A stretch of DNA of 64,000 bases from an uncultured bacterium (GCA_963819815.1 CAWFXL010000001.1:160001-224000); one strand, 5' to 3'. Positions 50,553 through 61,323 are shown, numbered from the stretch's first letter. Made by a program: numbers and translations. The notes: generated by a model from the sequence alone, not told the origin.

Positions 50553-51425
50553 ATGATGAATGTGATTATAGCACTTCTATGTTCCTTACTTTCGGCGGGA
50601 GTGACGATTGGCGGCAAAATGTTTACGGTAGCTCTTCCGGCATTTGCTTTTGCCTTCTTACGATATGGATTAGCTTCTTTTTTCCTATTGCCCCTTTTCA
50701 TTATAAATAAAGAGAAAGAAGCTGTTAAATTACACGATCTTCCGGTCTTCATGTTTTTAGGGTTTACCCTTGTATTCCTGTTTAATGCACTATTTTTTAA
50801 CGCTTTATATTATAGTTCAGCAACCTCGGTAACGCTTATAGGTGCTACCAATCCGATTTTGACTATGCTCGTCTCAGCCGTGGTTTTTAGACAGGTTCCT
50901 AATAAATATCAAGCGTTGGCATTTCTGTTATCTTTTGTAGGGGCGGTCCTCGTAATTACTGAAGGAGAAATGGCCTTAGAAAAGTTAGGCGGAAATATTG
51001 GAGAATTGCTTATGCTTTTGGCAGTTCTTTGCCAGATAACGTATGGCATGGTATTGAAAAAGGTAAGTGCACATTTTTCTCCTCTAACTCTTTCATTTGC
51101 TACATTGACAACGGGTATACTTTGCGTATTGCCATTTGTTGCCAACAGGGAATTTGTCTCTATCGTAACGAATCTTACCCTTTGGCAATGGGGTATGTTC
51201 GTCTGCATTAGTGGTCTTGGAACGGCCTTAGACATATATCTATACTCACTTGCGATAAAACGTATGGGCCCAGCACAGACGAGCTTAATTATATTTAGTT
51301 CGATGCCTATCTTCGTGTTTTTGCTTGCATTCCTGATATTAGGAGAGGGCATTTCAGCGTGGCAGCTGCTCGGGGGTATCCTTGTTGTATCTTCATTAGT
51401 GGTCGGGTTACGTCATACCCGGTAA
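50553..51425 (+). CDS. DMT/EamA family transporter, tandem paralog
   Basis: Same length (290 aa) and colinear with the previous gene. Confidence 0.92.
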   Translation: MMNVIIALLCSLLSAGVTIGGKMFTVALPAFAFAFLRYGLASFFLLPLFIINKEKEAVKLHDLPVFMFLGFTLVFLFNALFFNALYYSSATSVTLIGATNPILTMLVSAVVFRQVPNKYQALAFLLSFVGAVLVITEGEMALEKLGGNIGELLMLLAVLCQITYGMVLKKVSAHFSPLTLSFATLTTGILCVLPFVANREFVSIVTNLTLWQWGMFVCISGLGTALDIYLYSLAIKRMGPAQTSLIIFSSMPIFVFLLAFLILGEGISAWQLLGGILVVSSLVVGLRHTR

Positions 51426-51430
51426 CTCTC

Positions 51431-52155
51431 TTATACAGGTACGACAAATACCGTGTTGCTTTGTAAGGTACAGCTACAATATTTGTTGAAGATATAGGCC
51501 TTTAGAGGGTTTGCCATTCCTTGAGGGAAAGGAAATGTTATAGTGAACACGCCCGTGTGCTCTGTTTGAGGATCACAATCACCTAAAATATTAATGTCAG
51601 CCCTGAACGTTGTGGAGCTTTTCTTTGCAGAAAAGGTCTTGGTAAAAGGAGGTGCTGACACCGTATTTCTGATCTCATCTTCAACGGTAGGTACAATTGA
51701 AAATTCTACGGGACCGGGAACTTCGTTTGGTGAAACAGCTAACGTGATGCATCCCAGACCATTTCCAAGAGGAAGTGAATCAATATTCATGCTGGCCGAT
51801 TCGACTGCAGATTCAGTAAAAACAATCGTAGTGGTGATTGAACTGGTTGTGGAGTCGGTAACAACGATATTGAGCTCCGTTGCGTATTCTGCAGCAGCCT
51901 ACTTCCAGTAAAGTCTGCAATTTGCGTAGTTTGAGAGGCAATAACGGTTCCATTTGTCTCAAGTAACTGATACGTATATGACCCATTAGACGAAGGTGTG
52001 CCACCTGATGCAGTTACGGATATATTTAGGGTTGGGTTGGCTCCGCATTCCCCTTGAGGGTTGAACGTTATATTTGAGATAAATAATGGTTGTGGGCCAA
52101 CCTGGGCAGTTAAGCTGATAGGTAAGGCGATTAGGGTGAGTAAGAGTTTTTTCAT
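51431..52155 (-). CDS. Secreted beta-rich protein with SprB-like motif, split by a frameshift near 51900
   Basis: Signal peptide and 'ISVTASGGTP...YTYQL'; the frame of ORF 51431-51790 stays open upstream (AAAEYATELNIVVTDS...) to about 51898. Confidence 0.6.
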
Positions 52156-52334
52156 GAGTCTTCCTTTTGGATAATGTGGATTGTGTACGTGCTAACACGT
52201 TTGCTTCTAAGGTAGATTAACATATCGATTCTTACATATGCAATGATTTTGATCTTGATGTGCGCTTCCTAACTACTTACTAGATGTTTGCAAGTGGGCT
52301 TCTGAAGAAATAGGGCGCCTATGCATCCTGTATC

Positions 52335-52414
52335 CTATTTGTGTTTCCCTCATTATAATCAAGGAATTTGTTCACGTTGTAACGCATCTTACGGTAGCAC
52401 AATGGAGGATTTTT
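52335..52414 (+). pseudogene. About 80-bp fragment copied from the first EamA gene (50049-50129)
   Basis: Shared 'ctatttgtgtttccct' and 'gaatttgttcacgttgtaacgcatcttacggtag'. Confidence 0.9.
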
Positions 52415-52546
52415 AGTTGGCTTAGGCCATACATGGTAACTTTCTTAAAAGGGAAACGTTGAGGAATACGTTTCTGTAATTCTACGTATATCACTCAGAG
52501 CGTTCGCTTCTGGTGCTCAGCTCAAAATTTCTCTGCCTCGATCAGC

Positions 52547-53254
52547 TTAGATAGCGATGATTACATCTGGTGAGGACCATTCCAAGGGCGCTGCCACGCT
52601 TAGATCTGGATGGTCTTTGAGATTTTTTAGTACTTTCTCAGCATTGGCGGCAGCAGTTTCAAGAGTATCAATAGACCAACCTTTAGCCAACAAATATGCA
52701 CCAATAAGGCCGGAAGTAATACCTCCTGCCAGGTAGTTTCTCTGTTCACGCTCAGTCATCGCATTGAAACCTAGGCTTCGCACTGTAAAGCATACTAGGG
52801 AAGCAGCGAGTAGTAGAAGACCTCCAGAAACTGGTAGTCGTGAAGAAAGTACCGAATATTCTTTGAGATGTTCCTTGCGTTCATTAACGATTTCACGTGC
52901 ACGAAGGGCCAAATCGAAGCTCTCTTGCACTAGTTCTTCATGGGTCAAAAACTCGGCCATTTTGGCTAGGGCGGACCGTGCATGGTATAGGTCAAAAGGA
53001 CTAGAGCCTTCTACCGCTTGTCTAAGTTTTGTAATATGTTTTTCTTTATCCTTAAGAATCTTTGTTTCCAAAGAGGTAAGTAATTTCTCACGCATGCTGC
53101 TCTTTTGTTCATCAGGGACCGTGAAAGCATCAATAGAAGCAGATTCCTTTTTAAAATCATCAGTTGTTTGTATCATTTTTCTTATATGATCGTCTGATCG
53201 TGAGAATCCTACAAATGCTAAGCTAACAAGCAAGCTACATAACAATTTCTTCAT
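52547..53254 (-). CDS. Hypothetical protein with signal peptide and two C-terminal TM helices
   Basis: Start MKKLLCSLL after GGAG RBS; TM hairpin. Confidence 0.65.
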   Translation of the reverse strand: MKKLLCSLLVSLAFVGFSRSDDHIRKMIQTTDDFKKESASIDAFTVPDEQKSSMREKLLTSLETKILKDKEKHITKLRQAVEGSSPFDLYHARSALAKMAEFLTHEELVQESFDLALRAREIVNERKEHLKEYSVLSSRLPVSGGLLLLAASLVCFTVRSLGFNAMTEREQRNYLAGGITSGLIGAYLLAKGWSIDTLETAAANAEKVLKNLKDHPDLSVAAPLEWSSPDVIIAI

Positions 53255-53321
53255 AAGCAAACTCCATTGCGTAAAATCTAACCTTATCACCACGTTACTC
53301 ATCTTAACGATAACACACATA

Positions 53322-54188
53322 CTATGTCCTGCGTCTCTTCTGGCTATGAGCTTGATCACGTAGTTGGTCTCTATCACTATTTCTATCTTCTTCATCATCA
53401 TCTACTGATGCCTGCACAAAGGGGACATCAAGAGCGAATGTACCCTCGATCTCTGTTGATTGGGGCCTTGTTTGAGGGTACTCATTTTGAAAGGCACTTT
53501 GAGCCGATTCGGCAAGGAGAGCATTTAAGTGTGGTGTACCCGATCCTTGGTAGCCATCCCGAAGGTGATTATGTGCGGTTCTACTAGTAGTGAAAACCTC
53601 GTTGAGTAACCGAATGGTATAGTCACCCGTCGATTCATCAGGAGCTTGTTGGCATGCTTGAATCTTCTCAAAGTCATAGCCTACAGCGTTACAAAATCTC
53701 CTCAAGAGGGTGTGTGCAGAGTTATATGCAGACATATCGTCGTCATCTGTGTGACTCAATGGAGCATTATGGCTAGCTGTAATGTGCTGTCGAAGAAAAT
53801 CATAAGGGTGCAGAACCTGCCGAGAGCGATTGTAATATACGAGTGCTGCAAGAATCTTTGCGTGAGTCCTAACATAGTCAGGGCAGTTAACTAAACGGGT
53901 TGCTGCATCAAGTTGGCTTCCCAGAGTACCTCTTCCTGGAATGAGATAATCTTCTACCTCAACAGTATCGACATCAAAGGTATTCGATGCATAAAATGTT
54001 TCGAGCTTTGGAAGCATGCTATCAAACTGAGGTGGTTCAAGCTGGAGCATCATTTTAAGGCTTCCAGCAAATACGTGCTCCACCTGTTGCTCGATAGGTA
54101 AGTCCTCTACAGCTAAAAGGAGTGCTTCACTGCCCTCAAGCAGTGGTGCTCCTAGGCTCACAAGTCCGATTAAGAATAACTTTTTCAT
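53322..54188 (-). CDS. Secreted hypothetical protein with acidic-then-basic C-terminus
   Basis: Signal peptide; ends DDDEED...QKRRRT. Confidence 0.7.
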   Translation of the reverse strand: MKKLFLIGLVSLGAPLLEGSEALLLAVEDLPIEQQVEHVFAGSLKMMLQLEPPQFDSMLPKLETFYASNTFDVDTVEVEDYLIPGRGTLGSQLDAATRLVNCPDYVRTHAKILAALVYYNRSRQVLHPYDFLRQHITASHNAPLSHTDDDDMSAYNSAHTLLRRFCNAVGYDFEKIQACQQAPDESTGDYTIRLLNEVFTTSRTAHNHLRDGYQGSGTPHLNALLAESAQSAFQNEYPQTRPQSTEIEGTFALDVPFVQASVDDDEEDRNSDRDQLRDQAHSQKRRRT

Positions 54189-54436
54189 ACTGGCTCCCTC
54201 ATAATCTAATGATATATTTCTAAATTCTGTTCTAATCCTACCCGCTTAAGTATAGCACAGAGAGGCTGCCTGCGAAAGTGCCTCAGATCATTGTACCAGA
54301 GATACTAATGAGATGCGAACTTGATGCCTAGATGGTTAGAGAGGCTCAAAAGGGGGGCGGTTTTTCTTATGGAGGCATTTTGCTATAATTATTCCATAGA
54401 TAATGACTATAGAAAATTATAATAGGGTGATTTCTG

Positions 54437-55629
54437 ATGAACAGGCACCGGCTGCTAGGCAGTATACTCTTTTTATTGAGTGTTTTCTCCCCCTCTCAAG
54501 AGGTGTATTCCTATGTGTACGGGTATACGCGATTATACAGACCAGATACCCAAACAACACTTGACCTAGTCTATGACTACCACAAAGCTTCCGACTATCT
54601 CTCCCATGAAGAAATGAATTCCTTCTTATGTGATGATATTAAACAGGGGCTGTATTCTTCGGAGAAGACCTTTGTTGAGTCTCTTGAGCATCTTAATCGA
54701 ACAAATCCCCATGATACAACGGTGATCTGGGAAAATGCACCGAACTTTGTTCCAGCTGAGGTTCATCTCCTTACCTATCCGCAGCGGCTTGTCACAAATC
54801 GCCTACGCCAATTGAGCTTTATTCCCGCAGATACCTGGCGATCTGACTATCCAGGATGTCTCATGTCAGTGTTGCGCGGTGGTAGCTAGAAAATCGAGTT
54901 GATCGTCGTGCTATTATCCAAAACCACGGATCTCAGGTATGGGATGGGTACAAAGCATTAATGGGTACTACGCTTCGCAAACTGAAAACTACCTATGGGG
55001 CACACCGTGAAAGGGTGGCCTACTCGAGACTTGGCGATGATCTGTATAAAGAACTTTTCTTTGCAAAGCCACCTTATTCTGAACTCGCTGATTTAGAAAT
55101 GATATCCCAAATCTTACAATCTCCTCATCGCCATATTGTCCTCTTTGCTGGAGGACTCCACTGTCATAACATTGTGGACTTTCTTTTCTCTGCAGCCTCC
55201 TTTGAGGTGATTCATTCTGTAGTTGATCGGGATTGGGTAGAGATTGATCCCCATGAGCTTAAGCGGATTGCCCACAGTCATGGCCGAGAAACCCGAACTC
55301 CCCAAAGACCATATCGTGCCCCTAACCCAGGACCTAGTACAAGACCTGTACGGCCGGGCAAGACAGCCAAGCCAGCACCGCTTAAGACCAAGAAAAAGCC
55401 ACCTACAGAGATAGCTGAGAAGCAGAAGAAGCAGCTGCTCGTAGGAGGAGCGGTAGCTCTTGGAGCTCTTATGTTATCTGCGTACCGTGAAAGTAAGGAC
55501 ACTGGAGTAGCTATGTCGGGTATAGCACAGCGCAAACTGCTGAACACCTTGAAATATGGCGCAATACCAGGTCTGCTCTACTACGCATTGATTAAGAATC
55601 AAAAATATCAGAGTGCACTGACTGCTTAA
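54437..55629 (+). CDS. Secreted/membrane hypothetical protein, copy 1 (frameshift near 54887)
   Basis: ORFs 54437-54889 and 54961-55629 are colinear with 55668-56801; one T missing relative to paralog (AGCTAGA vs AGCTTAGA). Confidence 0.8.
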
Positions 55630-55667
55630 ATATGGATCTAGAGGAAAATTTGAAAGGGAGGTTGCTC

Positions 55668-56801
55668 GTGAACAGGATAGGTAAAATACTCCTCTTATTG
55701 CACGTTTTCTATCTCCCACAAGTATATGGCTATGTGTGTGGGTATACGCGGTTATATAGTCCTGAAACACAAACGACGCTGGATTTTGTGTATGATGTTC
55801 ATAAAGATTCGAAGAAACTATCTCATGATCAAATGCATAACCTCTCCTGTGATGATCTTTTGCAGAAACTTTATCCTTCTGAGAAGGCCCTCGTTGAGTC
55901 CCTTGAGCATCTTAATCGAACAAATCCCCATGATACAACGGTGATCTGGGAATATGCACCAAACTTTATTCCTGCTGAGGTTCATCTCCTTGCCCATCCA
56001 GAGCGGCTTGTCACGAATCGCCTACGCAAAGTGAGCTTTATTCCCGGAGATACCTGGCGATCTGACTATCCAGGATGTCTCATGTCAGTGTTGCATGGAG
56101 GTAGCTTAGAGCATCGAGTGGATCGCCGTGCCATTATCAAGAACTACGGATCTTGCGTGTGGGAGGGATACAAGGAATTAATGGAGACTGCGCTTCGCAA
56201 CCTGAAAACTTCCTATGGGGCACATCGCGAAAAAATAGCAGATTCAAGATTTGGCGATGATCTCTATTTCGAACTATTCTTTGGAGGGACTCCCTACGTT
56301 GTACTTGCTGATTTAGAAATGATAGCCAACATATTGCAATCGCCTCATCATCATATTGTCCTCTATGCTGGGGGGCTCCACTGTTATGAGGTTGTGAAGT
56401 TCCTTTTATCTACGGCCTCTTTTGAGATGATACATACCGTAGTAAATGAGGATAGGTCAGAGATTAATTCTCAAGAGCTTAAGCGGATCAGAAGACCAGG
56501 CAACTCTCGTGCGCTCAATCCAACGTCTGGCACGAGACCTGTGCAGCCTGGCAAGTCAGCCAAGCCGTCAGTAGAGATAGCTGCTTCTGAAAGTAAGAAG
56601 AAGCGCCTGTTCCTAGGAGGGGCAATAGCTCTTGGAGCTCTTATGCTATCTGTATACTGTGAAAGCCAGTAGACGTGAGTAGCTCTGTCGAATATAGCAC
56701 AGCGCAAACTGGTGAACACCTTGAAATATGGTGCAATACCAGCAGGTTTGCTCTATTTTTTATGGAAGAGATCTCAAGATCAGACAACAAAGTCTGCTTG
56801 A
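55668..56801 (+). CDS. Tandem paralog, copy 2, with two in-frame stops at 56670-56678
   Basis: GTG start after GGGAGG; homology to copy 1 continues past TAG 56670 and TGA 56676. Confidence 0.75.
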
Positions 56802-56927
56802 ACGGGGTTATCTAGGAAACAATTGATGAAATATTGAGCCAAGGAACGAGCAGATGGGTGGAATTGGCTTGACAAAAGAGACTCGATGCCACATGATCTT
56901 CATGTAGACGTACCTAAGAAGAAAGCC

Positions 56928-57791
56928 ATGAAATTCAATCAACCAGCCTCATCTATATTCCCGCCAGATGGTCTTAATGCTGAAGCAGCATTAGGGCGAA
57001 CGACGCACTTGGCCATTGTTGGGCATCAAGATGATACCGAGATTCTTGCTATTGATGGCATCCTTGCCTGCTTTCAGCAGAAAGATCAGTGGTTTACCAG
57101 TGTCGTGGTGACCGACGGGCGAGGTTCCCCTCGATCAGGCACGTATACAGCATACACCGATGATGATATGCGAGCAGTGCGAATTAAAGAACAGATGAGT
57201 GCTGCTATGATAGGGGAGTATGCTGCACAAGTATTCTTAGACTATCCAAGCTCTCAGGTTAAATCACCCAACGATCATCTTATTGACGATCTCGTCGACG
57301 TTATCAGAAGAACTCAACCTAAAGTTATCTATACGCACAATTTGGCTGATAAACATGAAACGCACGTAGCAGTGAGTCTTAGAGTGATAGAGGCCTTACG
57401 TCGTATGCCGCATACAGAGCGCCCTCAAAAGCTTTATGGCTCTGAAGTGTGGCGTGATCTTGATTGGCTTACAGATGAGGACAAAATTACGTTTGACTGC
57501 TCATCTCATGAAAGCCTTCAGCAAGCACTTCTTGGAGTTTTTGAGTCGCAAATTTCAGGAGGAAAGCGGTATGACCTGGCTACTATGGGGCGCCGAAAGG
57601 CCCATGCTACCTATGCAGTAAGCCATCAGACTGATGTTCAGACTGGTAGTGCCTTTGCAATGGACTTAACGCCCCTTATTAAGGAGGACTCGCTTGATAT
57701 AGATTCCTTTGTAGAGTCTTTGATTAATCGGTTTAAAGAAGATGTGCAAAGTCGCTTATACAAGCTGATGCAGAAGCAGGATACACGCTAA
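56928..57791 (+). CDS. PIG-L/LmbE family deacetylase
   Basis: 'GHQDDTEI', 'VVTDG', 'R.KEQ..AA', 'THN.ADKHETH'. Confidence 0.88.
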   Translation: MKFNQPASSIFPPDGLNAEAALGRTTHLAIVGHQDDTEILAIDGILACFQQKDQWFTSVVVTDGRGSPRSGTYTAYTDDDMRAVRIKEQMSAAMIGEYAAQVFLDYPSSQVKSPNDHLIDDLVDVIRRTQPKVIYTHNLADKHETHVAVSLRVIEALRRMPHTERPQKLYGSEVWRDLDWLTDEDKITFDCSSHESLQQALLGVFESQISGGKRYDLATMGRRKAHATYAVSHQTDVQTGSAFAMDLTPLIKEDSLDIDSFVESLINRFKEDVQSRLYKLMQKQDTR

Positions 57792-57827
57792 GCGTATCTG
57801 AAAAATGTGCCAAATAGGATTGAGGCT

Positions 57828-57855
57828 TTGACATTTTCATCATTTTTGTTATAAT
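57828..57855 (+). promoter_or_regulatory. Consensus sigma70 promoter
   Basis: TTGACA-16 bp-TATAAT with TGn extension. Confidence 0.75.
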
Positions 57856-57899
57856 TCAATTAGTATAAATAATAAGAAATATAACAACGAGGAACTTCT

Positions 57900-58193
57900 A
57901 TGAACTTGCTTAAAATTTCGTTTGCGGCGATTGTGGTAAGCTTTGGGCTTTGCGCTCCATCCTTTGCCCATCGTTACGTCAATCCAACCTACTATTCAAA
58001 GTGTTACGACTGTCCAACTCAGGTAGTCTACCAAGAACCTGTGTACGTTCAGAGGGTACCTATGGTTGAGTATGTTCAACCTGTGTATGTACAACCTACC
58101 TATGTTCGTCAGTATCGTTCATATCATAGACCACACCGTCATCACTACCGTCACTCATACCGACCATCAATTAACTTTTCATTTGGTTTTTAA
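57900..58193 (+). CDS. Small secreted Tyr/Pro/Val/His-rich protein
   Basis: Signal peptide, 'VYQEPVYVQ' repeats, His/Arg tail, ends FSFGF. Confidence 0.75.
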   Translation: MNLLKISFAAIVVSFGLCAPSFAHRYVNPTYYSKCYDCPTQVVYQEPVYVQRVPMVEYVQPVYVQPTYVRQYRSYHRPHRHHYRHSYRPSINFSFGF

Positions 58194-58202
58194 GTGATTG
58201 AA

Positions 58203-58229
58203 GGAGGTACTCATATACAGAGTACCTCC
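58203..58229. terminator. Hairpin between convergent genes
   Basis: GGAGGTACTC-7 nt-GAGTACCTCC. Confidence 0.65.
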
Positions 58230-58282
58230 CATTGCTTAGCTTTGAAGCGCTACCACTTGATTACTTGATGGGTATCCACGTC

Positions 58283-59488
58283 CTATTTTTTTTGATAACG
58301 GCGTAGGGGAAGAAGGGTGATAATGCTGAGAAAGCTTATAATTCCCGCTATGCAAAATGCAGCTTTGGCGCCTATCATACGCCAGATGATTCCTAGTATA
58401 ATACTCGAGAGCAACGCAGCAAGACTATCAATAGTATTGATAATGCCATAACCTGTTCCACGTACATTCTCAGGTAGAACATCCGCAGCAAGAGATTTCT
58501 GTAGACTTACGTAGGTTCCTGCGCTAAATCCTGAAAGGAAGAAGATGCAGAGGGCTGAAATGAGTGAGGTACTCTGCCAGGCAAGAAGAAAACACATAAT
58601 CCCAAAAAATCCAAAGCCTCCTATCCCTAAAGGAATAAGGCGTCCAATCTTATCGCTGATAGATCCCATTGCATAACTTGAAAATGTCTGAATAATATTG
58701 CGGAAAATATACATAAGAGCAACGGTACTTAATGCTACTGCCGCAGAAGCCCCTGGAGAGAGTACTTCTTGCATGCGCAGTACTAAGAGACTTTTATTAA
58801 AATTACCTAATCCAAACATCAGAAAAACCCCCATAAGATAATAGAAAGCCCTGGGTAAGGAATTCTTAAAGATAAACAAGAACGAAAATGGTTCATTGGT
58901 GACAGTATGCGGAACATCTTTGACCAGCATATATATAATAAGACAGGCAAGAACTCCTGGAATGAGCGTTATGAGAAAGAGCTTATGCGGTGACCAGTCA
59001 GCAAGAAAATAGACAATGAGTGGACCAAGTATCGATCCAAGAGTATCAAAGGCCTGTCTAAATCCAAAAGCTCTTCCGTAATAGGCTTGAGGAGTTGAAT
59101 CAGCAATGATAGCACTTCGGGGAGCACTGATGATACCTCTTCCAATCCAGGCTCCTGTCATGAGGAGAAATACGGTAACCCAATGGTTAGCAAAAGCAAG
59201 GAGACCTACGAGTGATCCTGCAAGAAAATAGCCAAAGACAATCATAGGTTTACGGTTCGTAAGCTGGTCACTCAATTTTCCAGCATAGAGACCCGAGAGA
59301 CTTGCTACGGCTGTAGAGGTTCCTCCAATAAGGGCCACATAAGGAGGTGCGGCATCTTTTCCGAGCAACTGAGAAATCAATAGAGGAAGTATGAGTGGTA
59401 CAACTTCATGACTTGCGTCACTCATAGTGCTCGCCAAGCTAAATCCGACGACGTTCTTAGTAAGCCATTGTGGATAAGAAATTTTCAT
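58283..59488 (-). CDS. MFS transporter
   Basis: About 12 TM; 'GKLSDQL..RKP', 'GRAFGFRQAFDTLG', 'GSISDKIGR'; start MKISY after AAAGGAG. Confidence 0.93.
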   Translation of the reverse strand: MKISYPQWLTKNVVGFSLASTMSDASHEVVPLILPLLISQLLGKDAAPPYVALIGGTSTAVASLSGLYAGKLSDQLTNRKPMIVFGYFLAGSLVGLLAFANHWVTVFLLMTGAWIGRGIISAPRSAIIADSTPQAYYGRAFGFRQAFDTLGSILGPLIVYFLADWSPHKLFLITLIPGVLACLIIYMLVKDVPHTVTNEPFSFLFIFKNSLPRAFYYLMGVFLMFGLGNFNKSLLVLRMQEVLSPGASAAVALSTVALMYIFRNIIQTFSSYAMGSISDKIGRLIPLGIGGFGFFGIMCFLLAWQSTSLISALCIFFLSGFSAGTYVSLQKSLAADVLPENVRGTGYGIINTIDSLAALLSSIILGIIWRMIGAKAAFCIAGIISFLSIITLLPLRRYQKK

Positions 59489-59543
59489 GGGATCTCCTTT
59501 TGAAGGAGTATACACAGGTCTTTTTCAAAAAATATAGATTTTG
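59480..59543 (+). repeat. 64-bp direct repeat, copy 1
   Basis: 63/64 identical to 61324-61387. Confidence 0.97.
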
Positions 59544-59692
59544 GTGGTAATTGGGCGTAGAATAGCACCCATGAGAAAAAGATGATACCAACAGCTCATG
59601 AAGTGGTTTTTACTACGCAGTCTGCTATCTAAAATTCTGCGCAGTAGATTTGCTCACTTCCTTTACATGTACTCTTTTGGGTATGATAGATC

Positions 59693-61135
59693 TTAGTTGT
59701 CGGGTGAGAAGATATCTGAAAAATTAATAATTTTTGCAAAAAAACCATTTGCTATAACTTCTTCATCGACGCCATTCACGTGAACTAAAACGGGCCTCAT
59801 TGAAAACCCTTTGGGATGAATCAGATGGGCCATTTTTTTTTGCATCTCTTTTATCACAGCTTTTCCAACGGGGTTTTTGGAAAACTTAAACTCACAAAGC
59901 CATAGCCCCCCGAAATGTGTCTGAATAAGATAATCAATCTGGCATCCAGGGAGCTTATTTGTCTTTCGTTGGAAAAAGGGATTGTCAGATACTATTTCAT
60001 CATGGCTGATTCCTAAGCAGTCCTTAATATATTGGCGATTTCTTAAAACGAGGTTGTCAAATTGCAGACCCATAAGAGAATCCCATCCGGGAAGCAATGA
60101 GAGTGATTTGGCAGTAAATGTATCAGTTTCTATTTTGGGTAGGTTTTTTTCAATATATTTCAAATAAAATCTTACGTAGTTATCGCTTAAGCGAAAATGA
60201 CTTAACCGTGAAGCTTCTCCTGAAGCAATATGCCAAGTATAGTCACGACTGACAAAGCCAGACTTTATAAGATCTTCAAGATATTCGCCTACAGATCCGC
60301 CTTGGTTTAACTCGAGTATTTTAGTTATTTCCTTAAGTTCACGAGCACCGTCTGCAAGGGTCTCAATAATTTTCTTATAGGTTTCAGTGCGCCGGGAAAA
60401 GATGTCATTAAAGATATCTTTAAACTCATGAACCAAAAGACCACGTTTAGTGAAACAGAGTTTGCGAATCGTTTGCTCTGCGGGTAAAGAAGGATTCATT
60501 TCTTCAAGATACCGAGGGACTCCACCGGTTACTGAGAGTACTTTTAGTTTTTCATAGGCCGAAATGAAATCCCCATTCTGAGCCCAAAACTGGTTACACT
60601 CTTTGAGTGGGAGCTCTTCAAGGGTGAGCCGATAAGATATTCGGCCAACGAAACCGGTGCTTGATAAGATGTTTTTATCGATCCACGTAGAAACTGATCC
60701 ACACAGGACAAGAATGAGGTTAGGGTTTTTCGCGAAATAGATGTCCCAGGCGTTCTTGAGTTTCCCTAAAAATTCAGGATCTTTTGAACCCATCCATGAA
60801 ATCTCATCAAATAGAACAATAATCCTACCGGTTTGAATGTCCCTATGCAACAAAATGAAGAGTTTGCTCCAATCGTCAGCAAAAACCTCAGGGGTTCCTG
60901 TTTGAGCGCTTAATTGACGAGAAAACTCATCTAATTGTGACTGCATCGTTGTGGCAGCGACAGGTGGGCTACCGGAAAAGTGGTAGAATGTATGATTCTT
61001 AGCAAATTCTTCAACGAGACGACTTTTGCCGATTCGTCGACGTCCCTGAATAACGACGAGACTTGCAGTTTTTTTTTCAAATAATTCCGAAAGCTCAGCT
61101 AGTTCACGCTTTCTACCAATAAATGGGCGGGCCAT
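59693..61135 (-). CDS. Archaeal-type/STAND-like ATPase with winged-HTH and C-terminal PD-(D/E)XK nuclease domain
   Basis: 'FIGR..E', 'GRRRIGKS', 'LFDEISW', 'CGS', 'GGVPRYL', 'QIDYL...EFKF'; start MARPF after GGAG. Confidence 0.9.
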   Translation of the reverse strand: MARPFIGRKRELAELSELFEKKTASLVVIQGRRRIGKSRLVEEFAKNHTFYHFSGSPPVAATTMQSQLDEFSRQLSAQTGTPEVFADDWSKLFILLHRDIQTGRIIVLFDEISWMGSKDPEFLGKLKNAWDIYFAKNPNLILVLCGSVSTWIDKNILSSTGFVGRISYRLTLEELPLKECNQFWAQNGDFISAYEKLKVLSVTGGVPRYLEEMNPSLPAEQTIRKLCFTKRGLLVHEFKDIFNDIFSRRTETYKKIIETLADGARELKEITKILELNQGGSVGEYLEDLIKSGFVSRDYTWHIASGEASRLSHFRLSDNYVRFYLKYIEKNLPKIETDTFTAKSLSLLPGWDSLMGLQFDNLVLRNRQYIKDCLGISHDEIVSDNPFFQRKTNKLPGCQIDYLIQTHFGGLWLCEFKFSKNPVGKAVIKEMQKKMAHLIHPKGFSMRPVLVHVNGVDEEVIANGFFAKIINFSDIFSPDN

Positions 61136-61167
61136 AGGGTACTCCAATATCAAAAACTTTCTAAAGA

Positions 61168-61262
61168 TCACTAATCATAAATGGAAAAAGCCAATTATGA
61201 TTGGTGAAACTCTGCCCCAAGTTTACCACTCATAATTGGAAAAAGTCGATTATGATTAGTGA
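61168..61262. repeat. Two tandem 40-bp inverted-repeat units (55-bp period)
   Basis: TCACTAATCATAAATGG-AAAAAG-CCAATTATGATTGGTGA and TTACCACTCATAATTGG-AAAAAG-TCGATTATGATTAGTGA. Confidence 0.93.
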
Positions 61263-61323
61263 AACTTTGAGAGCGCTGAATTGTCCTACCTTTTCCATGC
61301 CCCCCGATTGCATGTAGATATGT

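Noticed and set aside
56670..56678. Stop-codon reassignment (TGA=Gly or TAG readthrough)
   Set aside because: Conserved genes end normally in TGA (recA, carD) and TAG (rny, rplT), and other long ORFs lack internal stops
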